From the NCBI GenBank assembly GCA_963708295.1, contig CAVPSJ010000017.1, positions 480,001 to 544,000 on the forward strand: a stretch of DNA of 64,000 bases, read 5' to 3'. Below, piece after piece: positions 32,701 through 41,816 of this stretch. The notes beneath the pieces are model-generated. The model did no database searches and was not told the DNA's origin. It worked only from the letters and a program-made list of their open reading frames with translations. The stretch is from an uncultured delta proteobacterium (GTDB taxonomy: Bacteria; Desulfobacterota; BSN033; UBA1163). The position numbers and the translations under genes were made by a program. Position 1 is the stretch's first letter; each line of letters opens with the position of its first letter.

Positions 32701-33842
32701 ATGTTTTTTGAACTCAATGATGAGCAGAGGGACTTTCAAAAAAAGGTCCGAGAAATCTATGAGAGGGAGGTTAGCCCTCTGGTCGAGGAATATGAGCGAA
32801 AAGAAACCTTTCCGGTTCAACTCTTTCCGATCCTGGGTGCAGAGCATCTTCTCTGTCTGCGATGTCCGAAAAAGTACGGGGGGCCCGGGTTAGACAAAAT
32901 TTCGGAGTGCATCACCGTCGAGGAACTGAATCGGATCTGCGTTGGCATTGGGGCAAGCGTCATGGTCCAGGGAGGTTTGGCCACAGATCCTATCCTCCAC
33001 TTTGGTTCTGATGAATTGAAGCAAAACTATCTCTCCCCCGCTGTTCGGGGGAGAAGATCGGAGCCTTCGCCCTGACCGAACCGGACGCGGGATCGGATGC
33101 CTCTGGAATTCGAACGACTGCGGTAAGGGAAGGTGACGGTTACCGCATCAATGGTCCAAAGACCTTCATCACGAACGGGACGATCTGTGACTTCGCTACC
33201 GTTGCGGCCTATACCGATTCGACCAAGCGAGGGACCGGTATTAATCTTTTCGTCGTAGACCGAAACGATCCAGGGTTTTCTGTCATCAAGAAGTTGAGAA
33301 AACTCGGGAACCATTCTTCGGATACGGCCGAGTTGGCCTTTGAAGACTGCACTGTTCCGAAGGAGAGGATGCTGGGAGACCGGTTAGGAGGAGGATTGAG
33401 CCAGTTGGAAGAGACCCTTAAATCAGGAAGGATCACCTACGGGGCCAGGAGTACAGGGGTGGGGCAGGCCGCATTTGAAGCGACCCTTTCTTTTGTCAAA
33501 GGGAACCGGAGACAAGGTCAGGCTCTTGGAAAATCGCAGGCGATTCGATTCATCCTGGCGGAAATGGCGATGATGCTTGAAACCACGCGCTATATGACCT
33601 ATCGAGGGGCCTGGCTTTTCGATCAAGGTCTCGCTTCGATGAAAGATGCCTCCATCGTCAAACTCTTCTGCAGTGAATCCGTGCAGGCGATTGTTCAGAA
33701 GGCGATGGCCATCCAAAAGAGTGCCGGGCTGATGACGGACAATCCGGTTCAGAGATTTCTCCGTGATGGGCGATTGAGCAAGATCCCGGAGGGGACATCT
33801 GAAATTCAACATTTGGTGATTGCCAGTTCTTTGGGGCTGTAG
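32701..33842 (+). CDS. acyl-CoA dehydrogenase, frameshift near 33050
   Basis: FELNDEQ start; AFALTEPDAGSD after the shift; KLGNHSSDT, IPEGTSEIQ. Confidence 0.87.
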
Positions 33843-33853
33843 GAGCAAAGAGG

Positions 33854-34996
33854 ATGGATTTTGATCTTTCCAGTGAGCAAAAAGATGTGCAGAGGGCGGC
33901 AACGGAGTTTGCCAGGGGAGAATTTGATCCCGACTTGGTTTTGGAGCTGGATGAGGGTGGAACATTTCCAGACTCCCTATGGAGGAAGGCCGCTCAACTG
34001 GGATTCATCGGCATTCATTATCCAGAGGAGTTCGGGGGACAGGGACTGGGCCTCTTCGAGAATCTTCTCGTCATCGAAGCTTTCTGCAGGGTGGACTCAG
34101 GAGTTGGGAGCGCTCTCAGCACGGTGGATCTGGGTTCGGAGATCCTCCTCAAGTTTGGTTCCCTTGAGCAGAAAGGACGGTTCCTCACACCCCTCACGAA
34201 GGGAGAGGCACGTCTGGGGGTTGCTTTTGCCGAGTCAGAGGATGGAAGAGACCTGACGGTCCTTTCAGCCGTGGCAGAGAAGAAAATGGATGAATACTCT
34301 TTGCAGGGAAGGAAGCGTTTTGTCCTCAACGCTCCTCTGGTCAATGCCTTCCTCACCCTATGTCGAGAACCCAAGGAAGGGTGGATCACATTGATCGTAG
34401 AGCGAGAAAGGGATGGAATTGAAATTCATCCGATTGAAAAGATGGGTTTGAGAATGATCCCTTTTGGCGATCTCTTTTTCAAAGAGGCTTCTGTCCCTCT
34501 TGCAAGCCGCATCGGAGAGGAGGGGCAAGGGCTGACGCATGTCCGTCATCACCATCACGTGATGGCACTCAGAAGCGCGGCGCAGGGCCTGGGAACAGCC
34601 CAGGGAGCCTTTGATCGGGCGATGCAGCACGCCAGACAAAGAGAGCAGTTCGGCAGAACACTCTCACAATTCCCGATCATTCGTCATAAACTGGCCGATA
34701 TGGCGGTCCGCATCGAGGGGGCGCGCTGGCTCACGTACAAATCGGCAGCCGAGTTTGATCAAGGAAGAATCCATCCCGGGTCTTTATGGATGGCTCAACT
34801 GGAGGCGGGGAGGGGATTAACGGATGTGGTGGATCAGGCTTTGCAAATATTCGGGGGTTATGGTTACATGGCAGAGCAGGTCGTTGAACATTATTTCAGG
34901 GATGCGTGGGCGATCCGTGTGGACCTTGGGACAGAGGAAGAGCAGAAGGACGCAATTGCCGACATCCTATTGGGACCTGATACAACGAGAAAATAA
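33854..34996 (+). CDS. acyl-CoA dehydrogenase-fold protein with degenerate motifs
   Basis: MDFDLSSEQ, KMGLR, REQFGR, QIFGGYGY; AESEDGRD and DLGTEE replace TEPxAGSD and xEGTxE. Confidence 0.85.
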   Translation: MDFDLSSEQKDVQRAATEFARGEFDPDLVLELDEGGTFPDSLWRKAAQLGFIGIHYPEEFGGQGLGLFENLLVIEAFCRVDSGVGSALSTVDLGSEILLKFGSLEQKGRFLTPLTKGEARLGVAFAESEDGRDLTVLSAVAEKKMDEYSLQGRKRFVLNAPLVNAFLTLCREPKEGWITLIVERERDGIEIHPIEKMGLRMIPFGDLFFKEASVPLASRIGEEGQGLTHVRHHHHVMALRSAAQGLGTAQGAFDRAMQHARQREQFGRTLSQFPIIRHKLADMAVRIEGARWLTYKSAAEFDQGRIHPGSLWMAQLEAGRGLTDVVDQALQIFGGYGYMAEQVVEHYFRDAWAIRVDLGTEEEQKDAIADILLGPDTTRK

Positions 34997-35103
34997 GTGG
35001 CTATGTTTCTTCTCATGGGGACGCTTCCATAGAAAAAACTTCTCCATTGACACATTTCGCATCGTGCGATATTTAATCAGGGGATCGGAGTGGCTGTTTT
35101 GTT

Positions 35104-35280
35104 GTTATTAATCGGTCCATAACTGAATAGGATATCTGATTAACCCCACCCCCACCTTTTTCCTCCCCTGAAGGGGAGGAAAATCGTTACGTTTCTCCCC
35201 CTTCAAGGGGGAGTTGGAGGGGGATGGGGATTTGTCGGAGCGGCATAAATTGTCTTCTCAATTATGAACGCATTAATAAC
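35104..35280. repeat. MITE-like element, empty allele of 3363-3591
   Basis: Inverted ends GTTATTAATCGGTCCATAACTGA / TCAATTATGAACGCATTAATAAC. Confidence 0.75.
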
Positions 35281-35331
35281 TTCAATAGAGACATTATAAA
35301 GGCGACTTATTCGATTGAAGGAGGTGCATCC

Positions 35332-36159
35332 ATGTTTGATCTTTCGAAGTTCTCTCTAAAGGGCAAAACAGCGATTGTGACCGGTGGAAGCCGCGGTATC
35401 GGCAAAGCAATCGCTCAGGGGTTTGCCAAGGCCGGGGCAAAGGTTGCAGTGACCAGCCGTAAGCTAAACGACCTTGAAGCAAATGCCGCAGAGATAAAGG
35501 CTTTCGGAGGCGAGGCGTTGCCTGTCCAGGCCCATTTGGGAAAGATGGAAGACATTACCAGGATGGTCAAGACCGTGATGGATGCGTTCGGCAGGATCGA
35601 CATCCTGGTCAATAATGCGGGCACCGGTCCGGCCTCGACGACCGTCTTGAATTCCGACGAACGTCTCTGGGAAACGATCATCAACCTGAATTTGAAAGGG
35701 GTTTATTTCACCAGTCAAGCGGTTGCCAGGGTGATGAAGAAGCAAGGCGGGGGAAAGATTGTCAACATCGCTTCCGTCGACGGCATCAAGCCGGAGCCTG
35801 GAGTCAGCATCTACGATGTCTCCAAAGCCGGCGTTCGGATGATCACCAGCGCTTTCGCCCTAGAATTGGCCCCCTTCAATATTCGGGTGAATACGATCGC
35901 CCCCGGGCCGATCAGCACGAAACTATTGGATTCGCATTGGGCCCACCTCCCAGCGGAGGGATTCAAAAAAGGGAAACAGGAATTGGCGGAAAAGACACCC
36001 ATGAGACGCATCGGCGAACCCGATGAAATCGTCGGTGCGGCGATTTACCTGGCTTCCGATGCCTCCAGCTATACCACCGGCGCCGAGATCGTCGTCGACG
36101 GAGGGACCCTGCTCTACGTACCGTTAGAGGCCCCTGTGCCACCGGAAGAAAAACAGTGA
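35332..36159 (+). CDS. short-chain dehydrogenase/reductase
   Basis: TGGSRGIG, NNAG, YDVSK, IRVNTIAPG. Confidence 0.92.
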   Translation: MFDLSKFSLKGKTAIVTGGSRGIGKAIAQGFAKAGAKVAVTSRKLNDLEANAAEIKAFGGEALPVQAHLGKMEDITRMVKTVMDAFGRIDILVNNAGTGPASTTVLNSDERLWETIINLNLKGVYFTSQAVARVMKKQGGGKIVNIASVDGIKPEPGVSIYDVSKAGVRMITSAFALELAPFNIRVNTIAPGPISTKLLDSHWAHLPAEGFKKGKQELAEKTPMRRIGEPDEIVGAAIYLASDASSYTTGAEIVVDGGTLLYVPLEAPVPPEEKQ

Positions 36160-36179
36160 GACCCGAGAGGAATCAAAGC

Positions 36180-37991
36180 ATGAGCAACGAAACCCTCCTG
36201 ACCTATTTTCAAAAACATATTAAAGATCATCCCCATCGCGTGGCCTTGCGGCACAAAGATTATGGGATTTGGCACGATGTGACCTGGGAGCAGTATGGAG
36301 AGAAAGTGAGACAGGTTGCGATGGGACTCATCAGCCTCGGTCTCAAAAAAGGGGAATGCGTGTCGATCATCGGTGAGAACCGGCCGGAATGGGTCTATTC
36401 TGATTTCGGGGTCATGTCTGCCGGGGGAGTTACCGCAGGGGTTTATACGACCAATGCTGCAGAACAGTGCGGATATATTATCCAGAACTCCGGGTCGAGA
36501 TTTTACTTTGCGGAAAACGAAGAACAGTTCGATAAGGCCCTGAAATTCAGGAAGGACACCCCGGCTCTGGAGAAGGTTATCGTCTTCGAGATGGAAGGAT
36601 TGAAACGCTTTCAGGATCCCATGTTGATGAGCTTTGATGACCTGTTAAAGCTGGGAAAAGAATTCGGTGCAAAAAATCCGGGCCTCTTTGAGCAACGCGT
36701 GAGTGAAGTGAAGCCCGAGGATCTGGCGGTCCTCATCTATACTTCCGGCACGACGGGCCCTCCCAAAGGGGCGATGCTCACTCATCAAAACCTCCTCTAT
36801 ATGAGTGAGGCGATGGTCGATGCCAATCCCATCCTGGACGGTGACGAAACGCTTTCTTACCTCCCTCTCTGTCATATCTTCGAACAGCTCTTCACCGTGA
36901 TGATCAATGTCCGTTTCGGGACGGTCTGCAATTTCATTGAGAGTCCCGATACGGTCATGGATAACATGAAGGAGGTTTCACCTACGGTCACCTGCGGTGT
37001 CCCCCGGATCTGGGAAAAATACGCCTCCGGAATTATGATTCGCATGTCCGATGCCACCTGGTTTAAGCGCATGGTCTTCAAGGCCAGTCTGGGAATCGGG
37101 ATGAAGTATGCCGGGTTGAAACTGAATTTTAGACCTATTCCGCTCTACCTGAAGCTGGCTTACTTAGCGGCCTATGGGGCTGTTTTCAGAAAGCTCAAGG
37201 AGCGATTGGGTTTCGATCGCGTCAGGGTTGCCTATTCCGGAGCAGCCCCGATTTCGCCGGAGGTGCTGAAATTCTTCAATGCGATTGGCCTTCCACTCAT
37301 TGAAGGATATGGCCAGACCGAAGGCACAGGCGTCACGACCGTCAGTCGTAAAGGCCGCCTGAAGATCGGTAAGGTCGGACAACCCTTGCCCGGGGCGGAA
37401 GTGAAAATCGCTCCTGATGGGGAAATCCTCGTGAAGGGTCCCGGGGTGTTTAAAGGTTATTTTAAGAATCCGGAAGCCACGGCACAGACGCTTGTCGACG
37501 GCTGGCTCCACTCGGGAGACGTGGGGGAGCTGGATGAGGACGGGTTTTTAAAAATCACCGATCGAAAGAAGGATTTGATCATTACCGCAGGAGGAAAGAA
37601 TATCGCTCCTCAGAATATCGAGAATCAGCTCAAATTCAGCCCCTACATCAACGATGCGATTGTGATCGGCGACCGCCGGAAGTATCTCGTGGCGCTCATC
37701 GCGATCGACGAAGAGAATGTGATCAAATACGCGCAGGATCACAAAATTCAGTTTGGCACCTATGCAAGCCTCACCCAGGCTTCGGAGGTCAAGCAACTGA
37801 TTCAGAAAGAAGTCGATAAGGTCAACAAGACACTTGCCAACGTCGAGCAGCTCAAGAAATTTACGATCATTCCCAAGAGACTTTATGAAGAGGATGGCGA
37901 GGTGACGCCCACCATGAAAGTGAAACGAAAATTCATCAACGAAACGTATAAAGATATTATTGAGAAGATGTACAGATCAGGAGCCGAATAA
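36180..37991 (+). CDS. long-chain acyl-CoA synthetase (FadD15/bubblegum-like)
   Basis: YTSGTTGPPKG, EGYGQTE, RKKDLIITAGGKNIAPQNIE, EVTPTMKVKR. Confidence 0.92.
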   Translation: MSNETLLTYFQKHIKDHPHRVALRHKDYGIWHDVTWEQYGEKVRQVAMGLISLGLKKGECVSIIGENRPEWVYSDFGVMSAGGVTAGVYTTNAAEQCGYIIQNSGSRFYFAENEEQFDKALKFRKDTPALEKVIVFEMEGLKRFQDPMLMSFDDLLKLGKEFGAKNPGLFEQRVSEVKPEDLAVLIYTSGTTGPPKGAMLTHQNLLYMSEAMVDANPILDGDETLSYLPLCHIFEQLFTVMINVRFGTVCNFIESPDTVMDNMKEVSPTVTCGVPRIWEKYASGIMIRMSDATWFKRMVFKASLGIGMKYAGLKLNFRPIPLYLKLAYLAAYGAVFRKLKERLGFDRVRVAYSGAAPISPEVLKFFNAIGLPLIEGYGQTEGTGVTTVSRKGRLKIGKVGQPLPGAEVKIAPDGEILVKGPGVFKGYFKNPEATAQTLVDGWLHSGDVGELDEDGFLKITDRKKDLIITAGGKNIAPQNIENQLKFSPYINDAIVIGDRRKYLVALIAIDEENVIKYAQDHKIQFGTYASLTQASEVKQLIQKEVDKVNKTLANVEQLKKFTIIPKRLYEEDGEVTPTMKVKRKFINETYKDIIEKMYRSGAE

Positions 37992-38027
37992 ATAAAGATA
38001 AGTTAAAAGTGACTAAAGTGATCTAAA

Positions 38028-38215
38028 CCCCGTGTTGCATTAAATTCGGCGTCTGAATTATCAAACCCTTAACCAGAGAGGGACAGTCGTGAAATCAATG
38101 CCATCCTCTTAATAGATCCGACAATGATCTTTAGAAAGCATCCCAAAAAGATTGCAAACCGCCTTTTTATCGGAACAGCCATTTGATTCGCGGGCATCTT
38201 TATGCAACAACGGGG
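38028..38215. mobile_element. 188-bp MITE-like element with imperfect inverted ends and apparent 4-bp TAAA target duplication
   Basis: TAAA|CCCCGTGTTGCATTAAA ... TTTATGCAACAACGGGG|TAAA. Confidence 0.65.
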
Positions 38216-38224
38216 TAAAGAATA

Positions 38225-38315
38225 AGGGGACGTTAGTTCTAAAACACTTTGCCATCGATTGGTCATTTTTGAAGAAAGGGGCGATGTTGAGAAAGACCTT
38301 AATGCGTTTTAGAAC
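38225..38315. repeat. truncated copy of the 39001-39104 palindromic-end element
   Basis: Aligns base by base with 39001-39091 and stops at GTTTTAGAAC. Confidence 0.8.
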
Positions 38316-38366
38316 GACTGAATTAACGGGTGGCTATTCGCCGTCCCGTTGAATGAATTGTTGGAT
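38309..38366 (-). other. integron attC site (58 bp, aadA-like)
   Basis: Minus strand ATCCAAC-AATTCATTCAA-CGGGACGGCGAATAGCCACCCG-TTAATTCAGTC-GTT: R'' box, paired L boxes and R' GTT. Confidence 0.85.
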
Positions 38367-38634
38367 GCTTTTTTACTATTTTTGATTTCAGAGGGTATTT
38401 TTCAGGATTTTCGAGGTTGTCAATTTCTAAATCAACATCCAATTCTGGCCAATATAAATGATAACCATGAAGCAATTGAACATTTTGTATGGAACTCAAT
38501 GTTTGATCTTTAAAATAAGGATAATCCTTATAACTTAGAAAGTATTCCTTTTCTTTTACAAAAAGCCATATCCCAAAAGGAGTTATATTTTCAACGCTTA
38601 CTAAAATGTTTTTGCCATGCTTTAATGATTTCAT
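38323..38634 (-). CDS. DUF2442 family protein (putative antitoxin-module partner)
   Basis: EYFLSYKDYPYF..LYWPELDVDLEIDNLENPEKYPL; overlaps the DUF4160 gene. Confidence 0.8.
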   Translation of the reverse strand: MKSLKHGKNILVSVENITPFGIWLFVKEKEYFLSYKDYPYFKDQTLSSIQNVQLLHGYHLYWPELDVDLEIDNLENPEKYPLKSKIVKKHPTIHSTGRRIATR

Positions 38635-38833
38635 CTCTATGCTCCTCGACAATTTTTTGAATTTCGTTCAACTTTCTTGGATTCAAACCATGAGATACAG
38701 CTAATGATATTATGGGTTCAAGCCAAAATTTAGCTTCTCCATCCTCGCACGTTACATGGATATGGATTCTATCCTCTTCATTTGAAAGAAAATAAAATCT
38801 ATACCCTTTTTCTCTGAAAATAGTAGGACTCAT
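38591..38833 (-). CDS. DUF4160 family protein (putative toxin-module component)
   Basis: MSPTIFREKGYRFYFLSNEE..HIHV...EAKFWLEP...IIKAWQKHF. Confidence 0.88.
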   Translation of the reverse strand: MSPTIFREKGYRFYFLSNEEDRIHIHVTCEDGEAKFWLEPIISLAVSHGLNPRKLNEIQKIVEEHRDEIIKAWQKHFSKR

Positions 38834-39000
38834 ACACCTCTATTTTACCATTTAACGGTTAAGGTTAGCCAGATGCTAATTATTTTTATGCCTTGTAATC
38901 AACACATACCCCGATCCCTTACTCTCCTTGGGTGGCAATGCCTTTTCAACGGTAACAAAAGACGATCTAGGGGTCACGAATTCTCAGAGATCTGCGTGAC

Positions 39001-39104
39001 AAGGGGACATTGGTTCTAAAACAATTTGCCATCGATTTGTCATTTCTGAAGAAAGGGCGATGTTAAGAAAAACCTTAATACGTTTTAGAACCAATGTCTC
39101 CCTT
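39001..39104. repeat. ~105-bp element with ~22-bp inverted ends
   Basis: AAGGGGACATTGGTTCTAAAAC ... GTTTTAGAACCAATGTCTCCCTT. Confidence 0.8.
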
Positions 39105-39212
39105 CTAAAATACACGGTCACAAAGACGTTGAAAAACTCAAAACGTTTCTCTCAGGTTACACAAGGTTGAAGCTAATGCGGGATTCGATTCAATCAAGTA
39201 AACTGATTCAAG

Positions 39213-39303
39213 CTCTAACAATTGGCTCGACGGCGATCGGGAATAGCGTTTTGCATCTCCAGGCGAGGCCGGCTGCCCCGGCGCGTCAGCCATATCGTTA
39301 TGT
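39213..39303 (+). other. integron attC site (91 bp)
   Basis: CTCTAAC-AAT-TGGCTCGACG...CGTCAGCCA-TATC-GTTATGT; L boxes pair with one extrahelical base. Confidence 0.8.
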
Positions 39304-39324
39304 CATCATAAACCACGGTCGTGA

Positions 39325-39353
39325 TTGTCAAGCTTGTGGCAAAGAGATATAAT
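39325..39353 (+). promoter_or_regulatory. cassette-internal sigma70 promoter of brnT-brnA
   Basis: TTGTCA-N17-TATAAT, 20 bp upstream of the start. Confidence 0.7.
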
Positions 39354-39373
39354 AAGACACTAAGGGATGATGA

Positions 39374-39670
39374 ATGCTTCTATTTGAATGGGACCCAAAC
39401 AAAGCAAGAGGAAATCTTGAAGTTCATGGTGTTTCTTTTGACGAGGCGAGCACGGCCTTCAGAGATACCTTGTCATTGACCATTCATGATCCTTTGCATT
39501 CTGACGAAGAAGACAGATTTATTTTGATTGGGAATTCCAGCAGGAATCGTCTTCTGGTCGTTGTTCATACAGAAAGAGGAGAAAACATCAGAATAATAAG
39601 CGCAAGGAAAGCAACCAAGAAAGAAAGGAAGCAGTATGAAGAAAATGCCAAAAGATCAAGACATGCTTGA
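39374..39670 (+). CDS. brnT: BrnT family toxin
   Basis: FEWDPNKA..N..HGVSFDEA...HSDEEDRFILIG...IRIISARKAT..ER..YE. Confidence 0.93.
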   Translation: MLLFEWDPNKARGNLEVHGVSFDEASTAFRDTLSLTIHDPLHSDEEDRFILIGNSSRNRLLVVVHTERGENIRIISARKATKKERKQYEENAKRSRHA

Positions 39671-39845
39671 AGAATATGATTTCAGCAAAGGCATCCGGGG
39701 AAAATATGCAAAACGATATGCCGAGGGGACAAATGTTGTGGTCATTGAACCCGATGTTGCCAAAATTTTCCCGGATCATGACTCTGTAAATCAGGCGTTG
39801 AGATCGCTGGCAGAAATCATTAAACGACAAAAAAAGCTTGCATAA
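39636..39845 (+). CDS. BrnA-like antitoxin
   Basis: EEYDFSKGIRGKYA...EPDVAKIFPD..SVNQALRSL; overlaps brnT; stop codon lies in the R'' box GCATAAC. Confidence 0.85.
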   Translation: MKKMPKDQDMLEEYDFSKGIRGKYAKRYAEGTNVVVIEPDVAKIFPDHDSVNQALRSLAEIIKRQKKLA

Positions 39846-39858
39846 CCACTGCGCCAAA

Positions 39859-39929
39859 TTTTAGTCACTTTTGGCACCTCTAACTTCAGTTCACTTTTGA
39901 TTTTAGTTCACTTCCAACTTTAGTCACTT
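39859..39929. repeat. TTTAGTCACTT short-repeat array, right arm of a palindrome whose left arm is at 38000-38027
   Basis: Reverse complement of AAAAGTGACTAAAGTGATCTAAA. Confidence 0.6.
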
Positions 39930-39930
39930 C

Positions 39931-40712
39931 TTATCGCCATCGTTTCTTCTTTTTCCACCTCTGATATCCTTTCACCGATTCCTCGGATCGAATCCCCAGG
40001 TAGAACTCCTTCACATCCTCGTCTTCCAAAAGGATGTCGGGTGTATTCGCGGCCACGATCCTCCCGTTCTCCAGCACAAATCCGTAATCGGAGATCTTCA
40101 AGGCCATCTTTGCATTTTGTTCTACAAGGAGGACGGTCGTCCCTTCTCCTTTGAACGTCTTGATGATTCTAAAAATCTCCTGGACAAGCAGTGGAGATAA
40201 TCCGAGGGACGGCTCATCCAGCATGAGAAGTTTCGGCTTGGTCATCAGAGCCCTGCCCATGGCGAGCATCTGTTGCTCCCCGCCGCTCAGTGTTCCGGCC
40301 CACTGATTCTTCCTCTGGGAGAGGACAGGAAAATGGCCGATCACCCGGTTGTAATCTTCCTTCACCGATTTCTTGTCTTTCCGGATATAGGCTCCCATCC
40401 TCAAGTTTTCATCGACGCTCAATTCAGGGAAGACTTCCCTTCCCTCCGGCACATAAGAAATCCCCAGGTGAACGATTTCCTCTGCGTCCTTTCCATCAAT
40501 CCTTTTTCCGAGGAATTCAATTGTCCCTTTATCCGGTTGGTCCTCCAGAAGTCCCATGATGGTCTTCAGGATCGTCGTCTTCCCCGCGCCATTGGCCCCC
40601 AGAATGGCGGCGATCTGCCCTTCCTGAACTTCCAAGGAAACTCCCCGAATGGCCATAATCAATCCGTAGAGGGTTTCGATATTTTTTACTTTAAGCAATG
40701 CTTCTGAACCAT
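39931..40712 (-). CDS. livF: Liv-type ABC ATP-binding protein (LivF-like); start near 40698-40712
   Basis: GANGAGKTT, PEGRE, LSGGEQQML, DEPSLGLSP; the ORF-track extension runs through a repeat. Confidence 0.9.
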
Positions 40713-40722
40713 AACGTAACCC

Positions 40723-40870
40723 AAAAATCCGAAATTCGAATATCGAAATCCGAAACAAATCCAAAATTCTAATGACCAAATTTCCGAAACATTTCTTATT
40801 CTTTCTTTTTAATTTTTGAATTTCGGTCATTCGGAATTGTTTCGAGTTTCGGATTTCGTGCTTCGGATTT
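40723..40870. repeat. palindromic heptad array (CGAAATT/CGAAATC)
   Basis: AAATCCGAAATTCGAATATCGAAATCCGAAAC ... GTTTCGAGTTTCGGATTTCGTGCTTCGGATTT; siblings at 48973 and 63468. Confidence 0.8.
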
Positions 40871-40936
40871 AGATCCGCCCACCAAGGAATAATTTTGTTA
40901 CTATTCAGTACCCAATCTCGTTTCCGACTAATCCTT

Positions 40937-41719
40937 CTAACCCGTTTCCTCCTCGCCCAGATAAGCCTTGAGGACTTCCGGATGCCTTTGAATCTCTTCC
41001 GGTAGCCCGTCTGCGATCTTCTCCCCATAATTCAGGGCCAAAATTCGGTCGGAAATGTCCATGATCAAGTTCATGTCATGTTCCACCAGGAGAACGGTGA
41101 TCCCGAGGTCATCCCGGATGTCCTGGATCGAGAACATCAAGTCTCCCTTCTCTTCCATATTCATTCCAGCGGAAGGCTCATCTAAAAGGATGAGTTCGGG
41201 GTTGAGCGCGAGGGCACGGCCCAGTTCCACAAGTTTCCGGGTTCCGTAAGGAAGGTTGATCACAAACTGATTTCTTGCAGCCTGAAGATCGAGGAAGTCG
41301 ATGACTTCTTCTACCTTGCCTCTGTTCTCGATCTCCTCTCGGGCAGCCTTTGAGCCTTTGTGAATGAATGTGGCGCCCCTCCAGACACCTGTCTTCATAT
41401 GAAGGTGGCGTCCCAGCATGAGGTTATCCATGGTGGTCATATGAGAGAAGAGCTCGATGTTTTGAAATGTTCGGGCGACCCCTCTTTTGGCAACTTGGTA
41501 AGGTTTGAGATGGGTGATCTCCCCCCCCTTATAGAAAATCTTTCCTGAGTCGGGTGGGTAGATTCCACTGATACAGTTAAAGACGGTGGTTTTTCCTGCT
41601 CCGTTTGGGCCGATAATGGAATAGATGGCTCCCTTTTCCACTTCGAAGCTCACGTTGTTCAGCGCCCTAATACCGCCAAAAGAGATCGTCAGGTTTTCGA
41701 TCTTGAGAATAGAGTCCAT
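40937..41719 (-). CDS. livG: Liv-type ABC ATP-binding protein (LivG-like)
   Basis: FGGIRAL, GPNGAGKTT, ARTFQNIELF, LPYG, VLKAYLG. Confidence 0.92.
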   Translation of the reverse strand: MDSILKIENLTISFGGIRALNNVSFEVEKGAIYSIIGPNGAGKTTVFNCISGIYPPDSGKIFYKGGEITHLKPYQVAKRGVARTFQNIELFSHMTTMDNLMLGRHLHMKTGVWRGATFIHKGSKAAREEIENRGKVEEVIDFLDLQAARNQFVINLPYGTRKLVELGRALALNPELILLDEPSAGMNMEEKGDLMFSIQDIRDDLGITVLLVEHDMNLIMDISDRILALNYGEKIADGLPEEIQRHPEVLKAYLGEEETG

Positions 41720-41745
41720 TTTTTGAAAAAGAATTCAAAGGGGTA

Positions 41746-41765
41746 GGGGAGGCCTCAGCCTCCCC
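41746..41765. terminator. GC hairpin between the binding-protein gene and livG (terminator or mRNA stabiliser)
   Basis: GGGGAGGC-CTCA-GCCTCCCC. Confidence 0.4.
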
Positions 41766-41816
41766 TGTTTGCAAGTATTCTTTGCGCTATGCCCTATGCG
41801 CTTCGCGATGACCTTA

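Noticed and set aside
39167-39352. 61-aa ORF upstream of brnT
   Set aside because: Runs across the attC and the brnT promoter; at most a remnant of an earlier cassette
40723-40870. Heptad arrays as CRISPR
   Set aside because: No constant 23-47-bp repeats with unique spacers, and no cas genes
40713-41028. Long basic N-terminal extension of LivF in the ORF track
   Set aside because: It is a translation of the heptad repeat and the livG end; the real start is near 40698-40712
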